DNA from: a virus | Taxonomy: Duplodnaviria > Caudoviricetes | Virus record (IMG/VR): IMGVR_UViG_3300005764_000019 | Coordinates: 1 to 61,413 of that record | Length of the DNA stretch: 61,413 nt | Direction: 5' to 3' (one strand) | Part shown: positions 7,009 through 17,202 of the stretch, piece after piece | Layout: each line of letters opens with the position of its first letter | How positions within the stretch are numbered: the first letter of the stretch is position 1 | The notes under the pieces: generated by a model | What the model was told of the DNA's origin: nothing | Database searches by the model: none | What the model saw: only the letters and a program-made list of their open reading frames with translations | Position numbers and translations under genes: made by a program

Positions 7009-7044
7009 GACTTCCTCCTTTCTACCAATGTAAACGTTCGGGCG

Positions 7045-7719
7045 TTACAACTTTCGGGCCACGCAGATTTGGTGTAAATTGTTCCCGCCGGCCATGAAGT
7101 TCTCCTCCAGGGTGATGGCAGAACGTATCTCCTGGGCAATGTCTTGCAATTGTCCCCACGAATAAAAGGCCCTGCCGTAGCAGGTGGGGTGGTAGACGCC
7201 GGGGCATTCGAGCCGGTAGTCATCGGCCAGGAAGACGGAGAAGGTGGCCTCGGCCCCGCGCTGGATGGCGGGGCCGAATTTTTTCAACAGGCGGCGGCAT
7301 TCCTCGATGGACGTATGGGTGAACACGCTCAGCAGCAGGATCGCGTCCGCGTTTTGCAGGGCCTCGCTGTCCACGAGTGAGTCGGTCAGGCCGAAGTGCA
7401 TCCGCCGGTCGTGTCCCCAATTCAGCATGGCGTTGGCCACGCCCTGGCCGACCCCGCCCGGCGGCTCGATGCCGTAATAACGGAAGTTCTGGAAGCGGCG
7501 GGACAGAAAGTCCGCCGCCCTGCCGTCGCCGCAGCCGTAGTCCACGAGGCAGAACGGTTCTTTTAATTTGTGGGCGATTGGTTCCAAGAAGGAGGCCACG
7601 CAGAGAGAACTGGCCGGCTCGTCGGGGGTGCCGTAGACGTAGCCGACGTGGTAAGATTCATTGGCGCTGGGGTAAGGCGTCTCCTTCCAGCGTTGCCAGG
7701 CGGCGCTCTCGTAGTCCAT
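7045..7719 (-). CDS. class I SAM-dependent methyltransferase
   Basis: LVDYGCGDG motif I, YYGIE, LLSVFTH. Confidence 0.8.
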   Translation of the reverse strand: MDYESAAWQRWKETPYPSANESYHVGYVYGTPDEPASSLCVASFLEPIAHKLKEPFCLVDYGCGDGRAADFLSRRFQNFRYYGIEPPGGVGQGVANAMLNWGHDRRMHFGLTDSLVDSEALQNADAILLLSVFTHTSIEECRRLLKKFGPAIQRGAEATFSVFLADDYRLECPGVYHPTCYGRAFYSWGQLQDIAQEIRSAITLEENFMAGGNNLHQICVARKL

Positions 7720-7738
7720 GACCTATATAGTTCCAGCC

Positions 7739-8605
7739 ATGATAATCACCGCCGTCAGCGTCGTCCGCAACGAGGAAGACATCATCGAGGCTTGGGTAAG
7801 GCATAACCGCCCGCAGGTGGAGCGCTTTATCATCACCCTGCACCGTTGCACCGACGCGACCCCTTTTATTTTGCAACAACTTCAAGAAGAAGGGTTTGAC
7901 CTGGAGATAACAGAAAGTAATGTCATCGGCCACCGCCAGGCGGAAACGATTACCGCGCTCATTCACGAAGCCGCCTTGGGCCGTCCCGATTACATCTTGC
8001 CGTTGGACGGGGACGAGTTTATATGCGGCGACCTGCGCCGGATAAACGCTCATTGGGCCTGGACGGTCTTGTTGCGTTGGCGTCATTATGTGCCCCAGGG
8101 GGACGTGATCGACCCGCTCAAACAGATCACCGGGCGTCTGCCGGAGACGGACGACGCCCACAAAGTCCTGATCCCAGGGTGGTACGGGTTGAGCGAGCGT
8201 TGTCATGTGGGCGAGGGGTCGCACGAGTTATACATCGACGCCACTCCGGCACCATGTTGTTTCACCGACCAGGCGTGGCTCGCCCACTTTCCGGTACGAT
8301 CCGGCCAACAAATCATGAAGAAGGCGTTCACGGGCTGGTTGGGGAAGCTGGCCAACGATCTGGAGCCTGGGGGAAAAGATTCTCCGGCCTTTTATTGCGC
8401 CTGGAAGTCGCTTTTCGACGCGGCCAAAACCGGGGAGATGGACGTGGCGATGGCCACCCGCCGTTACAACTTACTCGGCCCGCTCATCGAGGAACCGTTG
8501 CCGCATCAGGAGTTAAGATACACGCCGCAGTGTTCCAAGACGGCGTGGGAAGTGCTGGCGGACATGGCCGAGGAGATGGCCGGGGAAGTAAGGAGGTTGC
8601 GTTAG
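7739..8605 (+). CDS. glycosyltransferase family 2-like (Glyco_tranf_2_4 type)
   Basis: VRNEEDIIEAWVRH, CTDAT, PLDGDEF (DxD), AHFPVRS. Confidence 0.8.
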   Translation: MIITAVSVVRNEEDIIEAWVRHNRPQVERFIITLHRCTDATPFILQQLQEEGFDLEITESNVIGHRQAETITALIHEAALGRPDYILPLDGDEFICGDLRRINAHWAWTVLLRWRHYVPQGDVIDPLKQITGRLPETDDAHKVLIPGWYGLSERCHVGEGSHELYIDATPAPCCFTDQAWLAHFPVRSGQQIMKKAFTGWLGKLANDLEPGGKDSPAFYCAWKSLFDAAKTGEMDVAMATRRYNLLGPLIEEPLPHQELRYTPQCSKTAWEVLADMAEEMAGEVRRLR

Positions 8606-8865
8606 TCCTTCTCCTCGAAGGTGATGCGGACGAGGATGCCGCTTTTTTCCTCGATGTGGAACCGATAGTCGAGGCGGGTGCCGTCGTGGACGAAGTATGG
8701 CACACACTTCGGGTGGGTCTGGAAGTAGTTCAGGACCGCCGCCCGCATGTCCTTGAGGGTCTGGTCGAGTTGGCGACTGCTCCTGCCCTGGAAGGTGGAC
8801 AGCAGGTAGTTGATGTCCTTGATCGCCTGTTTCTTGATAATGCGTGCGAGCCAGAAATTGACCAT
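8602..8865 (-). CDS. hypothetical protein (87 aa)
   Basis: 3' part of ORF 8602..9045 that does not overlap the next gene. Confidence 0.55.
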   Translation of the reverse strand: MVNFWLARIIKKQAIKDINYLLSTFQGRSSRQLDQTLKDMRAAVLNYFQTHPKCVPYFVHDGTRLDYRFHIEEKSGILVRITFEEKD

Positions 8866-8904
8866 GATATATGATAGTGCTGCGCAAACAATTATCGGGC
8901 GCGA

Positions 8905-8910
8905 TAAATA
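8905..8910 (+). promoter_or_regulatory. T4-late-like promoter box TA(A/C/T)ATA (representative copy)
   Basis: Also at 5546, 7724, 10090, 11227, 12343, 13457, 22790, 32665, 39241, 41842, 42665, 43390, 43973 and 55886, and on the minus strand at 27622, 28650 and 37739; often 4-5 nt before the start codon. Confidence 0.7.
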
Positions 8911-8914
8911 AGGT

Positions 8915-10084
8915 ATGAATTTCTGGACGGACAGCACGGGCCGAATCCTTTCGCCCTTCACGGCCCCGTGGTCATTGAGGCCGGGCGGGCGGTTGACGTT
9001 GACGAGCGGGCTGCCGGTGACGACCAGCGACGTGACCAACGCCACGACGGTTTATTACACCCCCTACGTCTCCAACGTCATTACCCTGTGGAACGGCAAC
9101 GCCTGGCAGCCGATTGCCTTCAATGAAGTGTCGTTGTTGTTACAGTCGATCTTCCAGACGCGGCTGACGACCACGGGCGTCACCAACGTGCCGGTGAATT
9201 CGCCCCTCATCAAAAGCATCCCCTCCACCACCGGCATCCAGGTGGGGGACATGGTGGACGAACACAATTCGGTCTTCGGTGGCGGCTGTTACGTCATTTC
9301 GGTGGACAGCGCCACGCAGGTGACCACCAACACGTCCAGCAACGTCGGCGGCACCAATACTTTTTATTTTAACAACCCCTGTTATGACATTTTCGGCTAC
9401 CTCGACACCAATAACGGCTTGATGCTGACGACGGTGGGATGGGCCAGTCGCACGACGCGGGCGACGGCGCTGGCCCTGACGGACGGCCTCCTCACGCTGT
9501 CCACCGACAAAACCCGCTTATACTTGGGCACCATTTATCTGACGAGCGCCTACGCAGGGAAGTTTGCTACCAACTCCTACTTCACCGCCGACTCCATGCT
9601 CAACCGCCTGGTGTGGAACAATTACAACCGCGTGGTTCGCCCGATGTTCTACCAGCCCTCGGTGGGAAGCTGGGCTTACGGTGCGGCGGCATGGCGTTTT
9701 GCCAACGGCTACAACGGGATGGCGTCCGGCGGGGCCACTTCGCCCCTGGCGGCGGTGAACTTCGTGTGCGGCCAGAGCGAGGACTCGGCATCGGCGGAAG
9801 TGTTGTGTCCGATGAACTCCTCGGCGGGCACGGCGGGCAACGTGGCCCTCGCCATCGACACGTCGCTGTCCGCCCCGGCCCCGACATCGGTGGATTCCGG
9901 GAACGAAGTGTCCACCGGGGAGGGGGGGATTATCGGCGTCTCCGACGCCAGTTGCAACCGCCCGTTCGCCGCCGGCTACCACTACATCGGCTGGCTGGAA
10001 TATTGCCGGGCGGGCACCCTCACCATGTACGGCCTGGCCGGGCCGGGTAACCTTGGTTGCATGTGGGGATCAATCCGTGCCTAG
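8915..10084 (+). CDS. tail fibre/receptor-binding-like protein, paralogue 2
   Basis: MNFWTD...PGGRLTLTSG...YYTPY...DKTRLYLGT. Confidence 0.75.
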   Translation: MNFWTDSTGRILSPFTAPWSLRPGGRLTLTSGLPVTTSDVTNATTVYYTPYVSNVITLWNGNAWQPIAFNEVSLLLQSIFQTRLTTTGVTNVPVNSPLIKSIPSTTGIQVGDMVDEHNSVFGGGCYVISVDSATQVTTNTSSNVGGTNTFYFNNPCYDIFGYLDTNNGLMLTTVGWASRTTRATALALTDGLLTLSTDKTRLYLGTIYLTSAYAGKFATNSYFTADSMLNRLVWNNYNRVVRPMFYQPSVGSWAYGAAAWRFANGYNGMASGGATSPLAAVNFVCGQSEDSASAEVLCPMNSSAGTAGNVALAIDTSLSAPAPTSVDSGNEVSTGEGGIIGVSDASCNRPFAAGYHYIGWLEYCRAGTLTMYGLAGPGNLGCMWGSIRA

Positions 10085-10099
10085 CCCCCTACATAAAGT

Positions 10100-11212
10100 A
10101 TGAACTTCTGGAACGACAGTCAGGGCCACGTTCTGAGTCCGTTGAATGCGCCTTGGGGTTACCCGCCCGGTGGCCGGCTGACGCTTACCACCGCCACCCC
10201 GGTGACGAGCAGCGACGTGTCCGGCGTCAACATGATTTACTACACCCCCTACACGTCCAACCGCATCTCCCTGTGGAACGGCGTTTATTGGGTGCCGCTC
10301 ACGTTCACCGAACTGTCGATGGACCTGCACGGCTTCGCCATCAGCCAACGCCCCACGGTCACCGGCACGACGACGGCCAGCAGCCCGGTCATCACAGGCA
10401 TCACGTCCACCAGCAATCTGGCCATCGGGGACTTGCTCGATCTGGGCAACAACTTCCTGGGGGACGCGGCCATTGTTTCGGTGGACAGCGCCAGCCAGGT
10501 GACCATGAGCAAGAACTGCCTCGCCGGTGGCGGCGGCAGCAACACACTTTATTTCTACTGCCCGCTCTACGACTTCTTCGCGTCCCTGGACGCCAACCAG
10601 AACGTGGTCCTGACCACCCAACCCTGGACCAACGCCACCACGCGGGCCACCAACGTAATTTTTACGGACGGGCTTTACACGCTGGCCAGCGACAAAACCA
10701 AGTTATATTTGGGGACCATCCAACTCAACCAGTACCATCTGGCCGTGGCCTACGCGACCGACGCGGCGGCGAGGCGGGGCGTGTGGAACGCTTACAACCG
10801 CGTCCGCCGGCAACTGCTGTTCCTGCACCCAACCGGCTCGTGGGCGTATAGCGGTGGCTACCGGCAGGCGGGCGGCAACCAGACGGCGATGCTGTGGTGG
10901 GTGAACGGCATGGTCGAGGAGTCCATGTCCCTGGAGGTCATTTGCTGCATCAACAGCCCGCAAAATACGGCGGGAAACGTCAGCATCGGCCTCGACAACA
11001 TCAAGACGCCCAGCGCCGACCAGTCCAACGAAGTTTCTGCGGGCGTTGCCGGCGGTATGATCGGCATATCCCGTGCTACTTACAACCACTACGTCGCCCC
11101 CGGCGGACACTACGCCTCCTGGCTGGAAAACGTCCGCGCCCCCTCGGTGACCTTTTATGGCAGTTCCGGGGCTGCTTACACCAGTTCCCTCCGGGGTGTT
11201 ATGCAGGGATAA
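10100..11212 (+). CDS. tail fibre/receptor-binding-like protein, paralogue 3
   Basis: Same core motifs as paralogue 2. Confidence 0.75.
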   Translation: MNFWNDSQGHVLSPLNAPWGYPPGGRLTLTTATPVTSSDVSGVNMIYYTPYTSNRISLWNGVYWVPLTFTELSMDLHGFAISQRPTVTGTTTASSPVITGITSTSNLAIGDLLDLGNNFLGDAAIVSVDSASQVTMSKNCLAGGGGSNTLYFYCPLYDFFASLDANQNVVLTTQPWTNATTRATNVIFTDGLYTLASDKTKLYLGTIQLNQYHLAVAYATDAAARRGVWNAYNRVRRQLLFLHPTGSWAYSGGYRQAGGNQTAMLWWVNGMVEESMSLEVICCINSPQNTAGNVSIGLDNIKTPSADQSNEVSAGVAGGMIGISRATYNHYVAPGGHYASWLENVRAPSVTFYGSSGAAYTSSLRGVMQG

Positions 11213-11236
11213 TTTCCTTGCGCCACTAAATAAGGA

Positions 11237-12319
11237 ATGATCTTCTGGAACGACGCCTGGCAGCGAGTCAATTCGTACTTTACGGTGCCGCGCGGCAACC
11301 CGCCCGGCGGCAGGTTGACGCTGACCACCGGGCAGCCGGTGACCTACCTCGATACTACGGCAGCGACGGTGTATTACACGCCTTACGCCTCCAACTACAT
11401 CGCCCTCTGGAACGGAGTTTACTGGCAGAGTTTGGTGTTTCTCGAAACCGCCTTCGCCTGTAGCGCCCTGGCCAGCATTATCCTGTCCTCCACCAGCAAC
11501 ACGATCTCCGGCTCGCCGCAGATTAGCGGCATCCCCTCCACGTCGGCGTTGTCCGTGGGTAATTTGGTGGACTGCGCCAACTTCCCCAACGGCACCACCA
11601 TCACGTCCATCGTCAGTTCGACCCAGGTGAACTGTTCGGCCAACGCCACGGCAACCAGCACGATTGCCATGCGCTTTTATTATTCCCTCTACGACATTTT
11701 CGGCAGCCTCGACCCGAACAACGGCCTGGTGCTTAGCAGCCTGGGCTGGACCAACCTGACGGCCAGGGCGACGGCGCTTGCGCTGACGGACGGGCACTAC
11801 ACGCTCTCGACCGACAAGACCAAGTTATATTTGGGGACGGTGATGTTGACCAAGGCCCAGCAGGGGGTGCTGTTTCAGGCCACGGACAGCGCGACCTGGC
11901 GGGGCGTGTGGAACTACTACAACCGGGTGCCCCGGCAACTGTTTTTTTCGTCGGGCGGCGGTTGGACGTGGGCCAGTGCGTCCTGGCGGCAGGCAGGCGG
12001 CAACGCGGCGGCGCAGGTGGCGTGGGTGATGGGGGCGAGCGAGGAGCCGGTGTACCTTCAAGTCGTGAACCAGATGAACTCCAACATCGGCACCGCCGGC
12101 AACGTCGGCATCGGCATCGACAACCTCACGAACGGGGTGGCGGACGCCAACAATGAAACGTCGGTCGGCTCCAGTTCGGGCGGCATCATCGGGGTCACCA
12201 TGTCGGTCTACCAACGGTACGTCCCGGCGGGCTACCACTACGGGGCCTGGCTGGAGTACGCCCGCGCCGGCACCATGACGGTGGGCAACGGTGTTCTACG
12301 AGGGGCGGTTCAAGGTTAG
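11237..12319 (+). CDS. tail fibre/receptor-binding-like protein, paralogue 4
   Basis: Same core motifs as paralogue 2. Confidence 0.75.
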   Translation: MIFWNDAWQRVNSYFTVPRGNPPGGRLTLTTGQPVTYLDTTAATVYYTPYASNYIALWNGVYWQSLVFLETAFACSALASIILSSTSNTISGSPQISGIPSTSALSVGNLVDCANFPNGTTITSIVSSTQVNCSANATATSTIAMRFYYSLYDIFGSLDPNNGLVLSSLGWTNLTARATALALTDGHYTLSTDKTKLYLGTVMLTKAQQGVLFQATDSATWRGVWNYYNRVPRQLFFSSGGGWTWASASWRQAGGNAAAQVAWVMGASEEPVYLQVVNQMNSNIGTAGNVGIGIDNLTNGVADANNETSVGSSSGGIIGVTMSVYQRYVPAGYHYGAWLEYARAGTMTVGNGVLRGAVQG

Positions 12320-12352
12320 CCGCAAAATGCGGCGACCGCTCATAAATAAGCC

Positions 12353-13444
12353 ATGAATTTCTTCACCGACAACCAGGGCCGCGTGCAGTCGGTGCTAACC
12401 GCCAGCTACGGTTACCCGCCCGGCGGCAGGCTGACGCTGGCGAGCGGTGGCCAGCCTTGCGCCGCCGACGTGGCGGCTGCGGCCAGTGTGTATTACACCC
12501 CCTATCGCGGCAACCGCATCTCCCTCTGGAACGGTTACGCCTGGCAGACGCTCACCTTTGCTGAATTGACACTGGCCGGCACGTCCGTCGCGTCCACCGG
12601 CCTGCGCATGGCCACCACCGGCAACACCACCGTCAACACGACCACCATCACCGGCATCCCGTCCACAACCGGCCTTGCGGTGGGGGACTTCGTGGATTCG
12701 GCCAACTTCCCCAACGGCACCTGGGTGAGCGCCGTCAACAGCGCCACGCAGGTGACGGTCACCGCCAACGCCACGGCGACGACTACGGGCGTGGCGATCC
12801 GGTTCTATGCCCAATTGTATGACGTGTACGGCTACTTCGACCCCAACAACGGCCTGGTCCTGACGACCCTGCCGTGGGCCAGCCGCTCGGCGCGGGCGAC
12901 GAACATTTCCTTTTCGGACGGCTTTTACGTCAACACCAACGACAAGACCCGCCTCTATTTGGGCACGCTGGGGTTGGCAAGCGCCAGCCAGAGCGGCAGC
13001 AACACGATGTACGACACGCAATATGCCCGTCAGCTTTACAACTACTACAACCGAGTGCGGCGGCGGGCCTGGTGCAGCGACTTCTCGCCTCACACCTACG
13101 GCACCGCCAGCTTCAGGCCGTGGAATAACGGTTCGGTCGCAGCCGGAAACTACTGGAACATCAGCACGGTCGTGGGCGTGGCCGAGGATTCTATGGTCTA
13201 CACCCTGATGGCCGACATGAACGGGGCGACGACTGGCGACCTCCCCGACATCGGCGTGGGTCTGGACAGCACCACCGGCGTGTTCTTCGATATGTTTTAC
13301 CAGTATTACCGCGAACGGGCGAGCCGCGTCTTCAACACCAGCGTCGGGCCTGGCTATCACGTTTATTACGTCCTTGAGACGATGGCATCGGGGACCAGCG
13401 CGAACTTCAACGGCATGGAATTGTCCATTGACTTGTGGATATGA
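12353..13444 (+). CDS. tail fibre/receptor-binding-like protein, paralogue 5 (divergent C-terminus)
   Basis: Same core; different C-terminal ~130 aa. Confidence 0.75.
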   Translation: MNFFTDNQGRVQSVLTASYGYPPGGRLTLASGGQPCAADVAAAASVYYTPYRGNRISLWNGYAWQTLTFAELTLAGTSVASTGLRMATTGNTTVNTTTITGIPSTTGLAVGDFVDSANFPNGTWVSAVNSATQVTVTANATATTTGVAIRFYAQLYDVYGYFDPNNGLVLTTLPWASRSARATNISFSDGFYVNTNDKTRLYLGTLGLASASQSGSNTMYDTQYARQLYNYYNRVRRRAWCSDFSPHTYGTASFRPWNNGSVAAGNYWNISTVVGVAEDSMVYTLMADMNGATTGDLPDIGVGLDSTTGVFFDMFYQYYRERASRVFNTSVGPGYHVYYVLETMASGTSANFNGMELSIDLWI

Positions 13445-13468
13445 AATGCCGCCGTCTACATAGGTTAT

Positions 13469-15790
13469 ATGGCCACGGCGATCTTCTTGCGGTCTGATAC
13501 CACCACCCAGGGAAGTTGGGTCGGCGTCTACGGCGCGGACGGCTACAATATTTGCGGCTACGGCAGCCCCTCGTACCCGGCGTATCTGAAGCTGACGCCG
13601 GGCAACAACAATCCCTACACCAACACGGCCTCGACCGCCAGCGTCCGGGGCCTGCAAAAATACGACACGCCCACGGATCGCTTCATCGGCGGCTGGTACG
13701 GCCCCAACAACACCGGGCAGCCGCTCACGCTCGACTTCCTGTTCACCGGCGACCACCAACTGGCCATGTATTTCAACGACTTCGACAACGGCTCGCGCTC
13801 GCAAACCGTGGTGCTAACGGACGGCGACACCGGCGTTACGCTCGACAGCCGCAATCTCGGCCTGCCCGTGGGGTTCTGGTCCCCGCCCCTGTGGCTCATT
13901 TATCGCGTCAACGGCCACGTCCGGGTGGTCATCACCACGCTCGGCAGCGCGACCACCCTGCTCAACGGCTTCTTCTTCGACCCCGTGAACACCGGCACGG
14001 TGTCCAGCATCGACGGCATCCTCGGCACGGTCACCCTAAGCGGCACCGATGTAATCGTCAGCGACAACACCCCCGCCGCCAATAATATTCAGTTCTCGTT
14101 GCCATCGCTCATCCCCAACCCGGCGGGCACGGTCCTGGCGGACACCTTCACCGACGCCAACGGCGTGGATTTGCTGGCCCACACCATGAATGCCGGCCCC
14201 GGCTGGACCAGGGTGGACGCGGGAGCGGTCATCCAAATTCAGGGCAACCAGGCCCAAGTCATGACGCTGGACGGGGCAAGCAACCGGGCGAGCTACGTCT
14301 GCCAGCGTGGCCTGACCGACTGTTCGACTTACGCCACGGTCCTGATTCCGGGTACGGGCGAAGCCGGCCTCATTTATCGGTATATCGACCCCACCCACTT
14401 CTGGGCTGTCACCGGCTACACCGGCGACGGCAAGATATATGTGTACCTCGCCAACGGCGCAGCACCAACGCAGTACACTTCCTTCTCCGCAGGCGTGCAG
14501 GCGGGCGTGCCGTTTCTCCTGCGGGTGGACACGTCGGGGAACGTGCATCGGTTTTACAGGGGTGGCACCCTGGCAGGGTCATTCACCGACGCCACCAACA
14601 ATACCGGCACCCAATACGGCCTTAGAAGCTGGCAGGTCAACAACACCTGGGAAAACTTTAACTCGCCCGCCCAATTTGCCAACGCCACGGTCACCGTCAA
14701 CAGCCGGGGCCGGGTCACGGCGGTGTCGCCGGGCCTCGCCAGCCCGCCGAGCCTCGCCCGCAAGTGGTATCCCCTCGGCAACCCGTTCGTCCTCAACCTG
14801 GCCAACATCAATGCCAACTACAACGGGTTCCGGGGCGGCTTCGCCAGCCACGGCTGGTGCTACTGCGTCCCGGCCAACAACGCCGATCTGGTCCGCGTCA
14901 ATATTGATGACTTCGCCACCGTCCAGGCCATCGACCTGTCCACGGTGAACGCCAACTACACCAAGTTCGGCGGCGGCTTCACCGATGGCCGCTACGGTTA
15001 CCTGCTGCCGAGCGGCAAGACCAACTCCGGCCTCATCGTTCGCGTGGACCTGCAAAGCTTCACGACCGCCAACGTGAACACGCTGAACCTGAACGGCATC
15101 AGCGCCAACCTCAAGGCGATGCGCGGTTGCTGCATGGACGGTGTGAACGGCTACGGCCAGGACGCCAGTGGCGACCTGCTACGGTTCAGCCTGAGCAACT
15201 TCACCCCGGCGGGATGCACCCTCATCAACCTGACCTCCCTCCTGGGCACCACCCTCGGCCCCGGCGGTCTGGAGACGGACGGCAAGAATCTGTACGCGCT
15301 CTGGACCTCGGCCCCCAACGTGTTCATCACCTGCACCCCCTTGAATAACTTCAGCGCTGCCGCCTCCACGATTGTCAACCTGTCCGCCTACGGCACGGGG
15401 GCCGCAACCATCCAGATGGTCCGCGACTACCTGTATTACTCGATCACCAACACCACGGTGACCCCCAACGTGCATCGCGTGGTCAAGATCGCCAAGGACT
15501 TCAGCCAGCAGTATGTGCTGAACGTCGGGGCCACGAACGCCAACTTCACTACTTTTTACGGCTGCTTCAACGACGCCCAGGGCCGCTATCTCTATATGGG
15601 ACCGTCCGGCAACCAGGCGTGGGCGGCGCGGGTGGACCTGAGCAACTTCCAGACGGTCGAGGCCGTGAGCCTGTCGCCGTTCGGGGTCGGCAGCAGCAAC
15701 GGCTCCTGGGGCGACGGGCGCTACGGTTTCCACATCGACCCGTCCGGTCCCCTGAGTCGGTTCCAGTTATTTTACGGAGGGCACTACTGA
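13469..15790 (+). CDS. multidomain virion/adhesin-like protein with beta-propeller-like repeats
   Basis: TVTVNSRGRVT fibre motif; repeated GGFTDGRYGY / RVDLxxF units. Confidence 0.7.
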   Translation: MATAIFLRSDTTTQGSWVGVYGADGYNICGYGSPSYPAYLKLTPGNNNPYTNTASTASVRGLQKYDTPTDRFIGGWYGPNNTGQPLTLDFLFTGDHQLAMYFNDFDNGSRSQTVVLTDGDTGVTLDSRNLGLPVGFWSPPLWLIYRVNGHVRVVITTLGSATTLLNGFFFDPVNTGTVSSIDGILGTVTLSGTDVIVSDNTPAANNIQFSLPSLIPNPAGTVLADTFTDANGVDLLAHTMNAGPGWTRVDAGAVIQIQGNQAQVMTLDGASNRASYVCQRGLTDCSTYATVLIPGTGEAGLIYRYIDPTHFWAVTGYTGDGKIYVYLANGAAPTQYTSFSAGVQAGVPFLLRVDTSGNVHRFYRGGTLAGSFTDATNNTGTQYGLRSWQVNNTWENFNSPAQFANATVTVNSRGRVTAVSPGLASPPSLARKWYPLGNPFVLNLANINANYNGFRGGFASHGWCYCVPANNADLVRVNIDDFATVQAIDLSTVNANYTKFGGGFTDGRYGYLLPSGKTNSGLIVRVDLQSFTTANVNTLNLNGISANLKAMRGCCMDGVNGYGQDASGDLLRFSLSNFTPAGCTLINLTSLLGTTLGPGGLETDGKNLYALWTSAPNVFITCTPLNNFSAAASTIVNLSAYGTGAATIQMVRDYLYYSITNTTVTPNVHRVVKIAKDFSQQYVLNVGATNANFTTFYGCFNDAQGRYLYMGPSGNQAWAARVDLSNFQTVEAVSLSPFGVGSSNGSWGDGRYGFHIDPSGPLSRFQLFYGGHY

Positions 15791-17133
15791 TGGACGAAAA
15801 GGAAAAGGCGATCACGCCCCTGGCCGTCGCCGGCACCACCACCGTCGTCGCGGGCGTCACCATCGACGGCATGACCGGGGCCGTGACGCTCAACAGTCCC
15901 GACGTACTCATTGCCGACCGCTCCCCGACGCCGAGCAACATCCAGTTCTCCCAGGCCCTCGTCAACCCCAACCCGGCGGGCACCTTCAGCAACGTCACCC
16001 TGACCGTGGACACCAAGGGCCGGGTCACGTCCGCGTCCTCCGGCACGCCCCTCACGACTTTTATATCGCCGGGGTCGGGTTACCAACCCATGCCCCAGCC
16101 CGTCCAGTTGTCGCTTTACAGCATCAACCCCAACTTCAACCAGATGTACGGCGGTTTTGTCGCCGGCAAATACCAGTATTGCATCGGCTATCAGTCCAGC
16201 CCCACCCTGCTCGCCCGCGTGGACATCAGCGACTTCTCGACGGTGCAGACCCTCGACCTGTCCATCCCGACCAATTACGACCGCCTGTGGGGCGGGTTCA
16301 GCGATGGCCGTTACCTTTACTGCCTGTCCTACAACCAGGGCGTCGTCTACCGGGTGGACCTGCAAAACTGGACCAACACGATCTCGACCCTCAACATCCA
16401 GTCGCTCAATTCCACCATCAACCAGTTCATGACCGCCTGCACGGACGGACTGTACGGCTACGTCTCCAACTGGCGGGGCTACCTGTGCCGCTTCAGTCTC
16501 GCCAACTTCACCACCACCGGCGTCACCATATTAAACCTCAACCCGTTGGTGACCCTCAGCAGCAACTACCAGGACTATTGCACCGGCACGGACGGCAAGC
16601 AGGTCTACACGTTATGGGCCAACTGGAACAACAACAACGTCATGCTCACCGCCGTGGACGTGAACAACTTCACCCTCGGCGGCAGCAAGGTCTTGAACTT
16701 GAGCGCCTACGCCGGCATGGAGGCCCAGAGCTTCGTGCTGGCGGGGGATTACATCTATGTGATTACCCGCGAGAACTATAACGCCGTGCCCATCGGCAAC
16801 GTTTTCAAAATCAGCAAGGACTTCAGCAGCGTCACCACCCTCAACCTCGCCGCCGTCAACAGCAGCTACGTCGGCTACTTCTCCGGTTTCACCGACCCCC
16901 AGGAGCGCTATTTATACCTGGGGCCGTACAGCCAGAACACGCCCCTGGTGCGGGTGGACCTGGGCGACTTTCAAAGCGTGCAAGCCGTCGCCCTGCCGAG
17001 CCTGGCGGCGAACGGCTGCGGCTCCTGCGGTGCCGGCGACGACGGCGTGTTCGGCTGCTTCCTGTTCAACGACTATAGCACCTACAACACTACCGTGGTG
17101 CGCATCCCCCTGTTCGACGGCGGCAACTGGTAA
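15790..17133 (+). CDS. paralogous virion protein with beta-propeller-like repeats
   Basis: TGATG overlap; TLTVDTKGRVT and GGFSDGRYLY; aligns with the previous gene. Confidence 0.7.
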   Translation: MDEKEKAITPLAVAGTTTVVAGVTIDGMTGAVTLNSPDVLIADRSPTPSNIQFSQALVNPNPAGTFSNVTLTVDTKGRVTSASSGTPLTTFISPGSGYQPMPQPVQLSLYSINPNFNQMYGGFVAGKYQYCIGYQSSPTLLARVDISDFSTVQTLDLSIPTNYDRLWGGFSDGRYLYCLSYNQGVVYRVDLQNWTNTISTLNIQSLNSTINQFMTACTDGLYGYVSNWRGYLCRFSLANFTTTGVTILNLNPLVTLSSNYQDYCTGTDGKQVYTLWANWNNNNVMLTAVDVNNFTLGGSKVLNLSAYAGMEAQSFVLAGDYIYVITRENYNAVPIGNVFKISKDFSSVTTLNLAAVNSSYVGYFSGFTDPQERYLYLGPYSQNTPLVRVDLGDFQSVQAVALPSLAANGCGSCGAGDDGVFGCFLFNDYSTYNTTVVRIPLFDGGNW

Positions 17134-17202
17134 TATTTCCTCCTAAACAACCGGACGTTTGCGCAGTATAGTGCGCCGTGGCCCTAAGAAAAGGAGGAAG
17201 CC

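Noticed and set aside
10703-13804. Long antisense ORFs (10703..11797, 12395..13804) and similar ones elsewhere
   Set aside because: Shadows of GC3-biased sense genes, with no motifs or RBS.
8915-17133. Diversity-generating retroelement targeting the fibre genes
   Set aside because: No reverse transcriptase, and I saw no near-identical TR/VR pair differing only at adenines.
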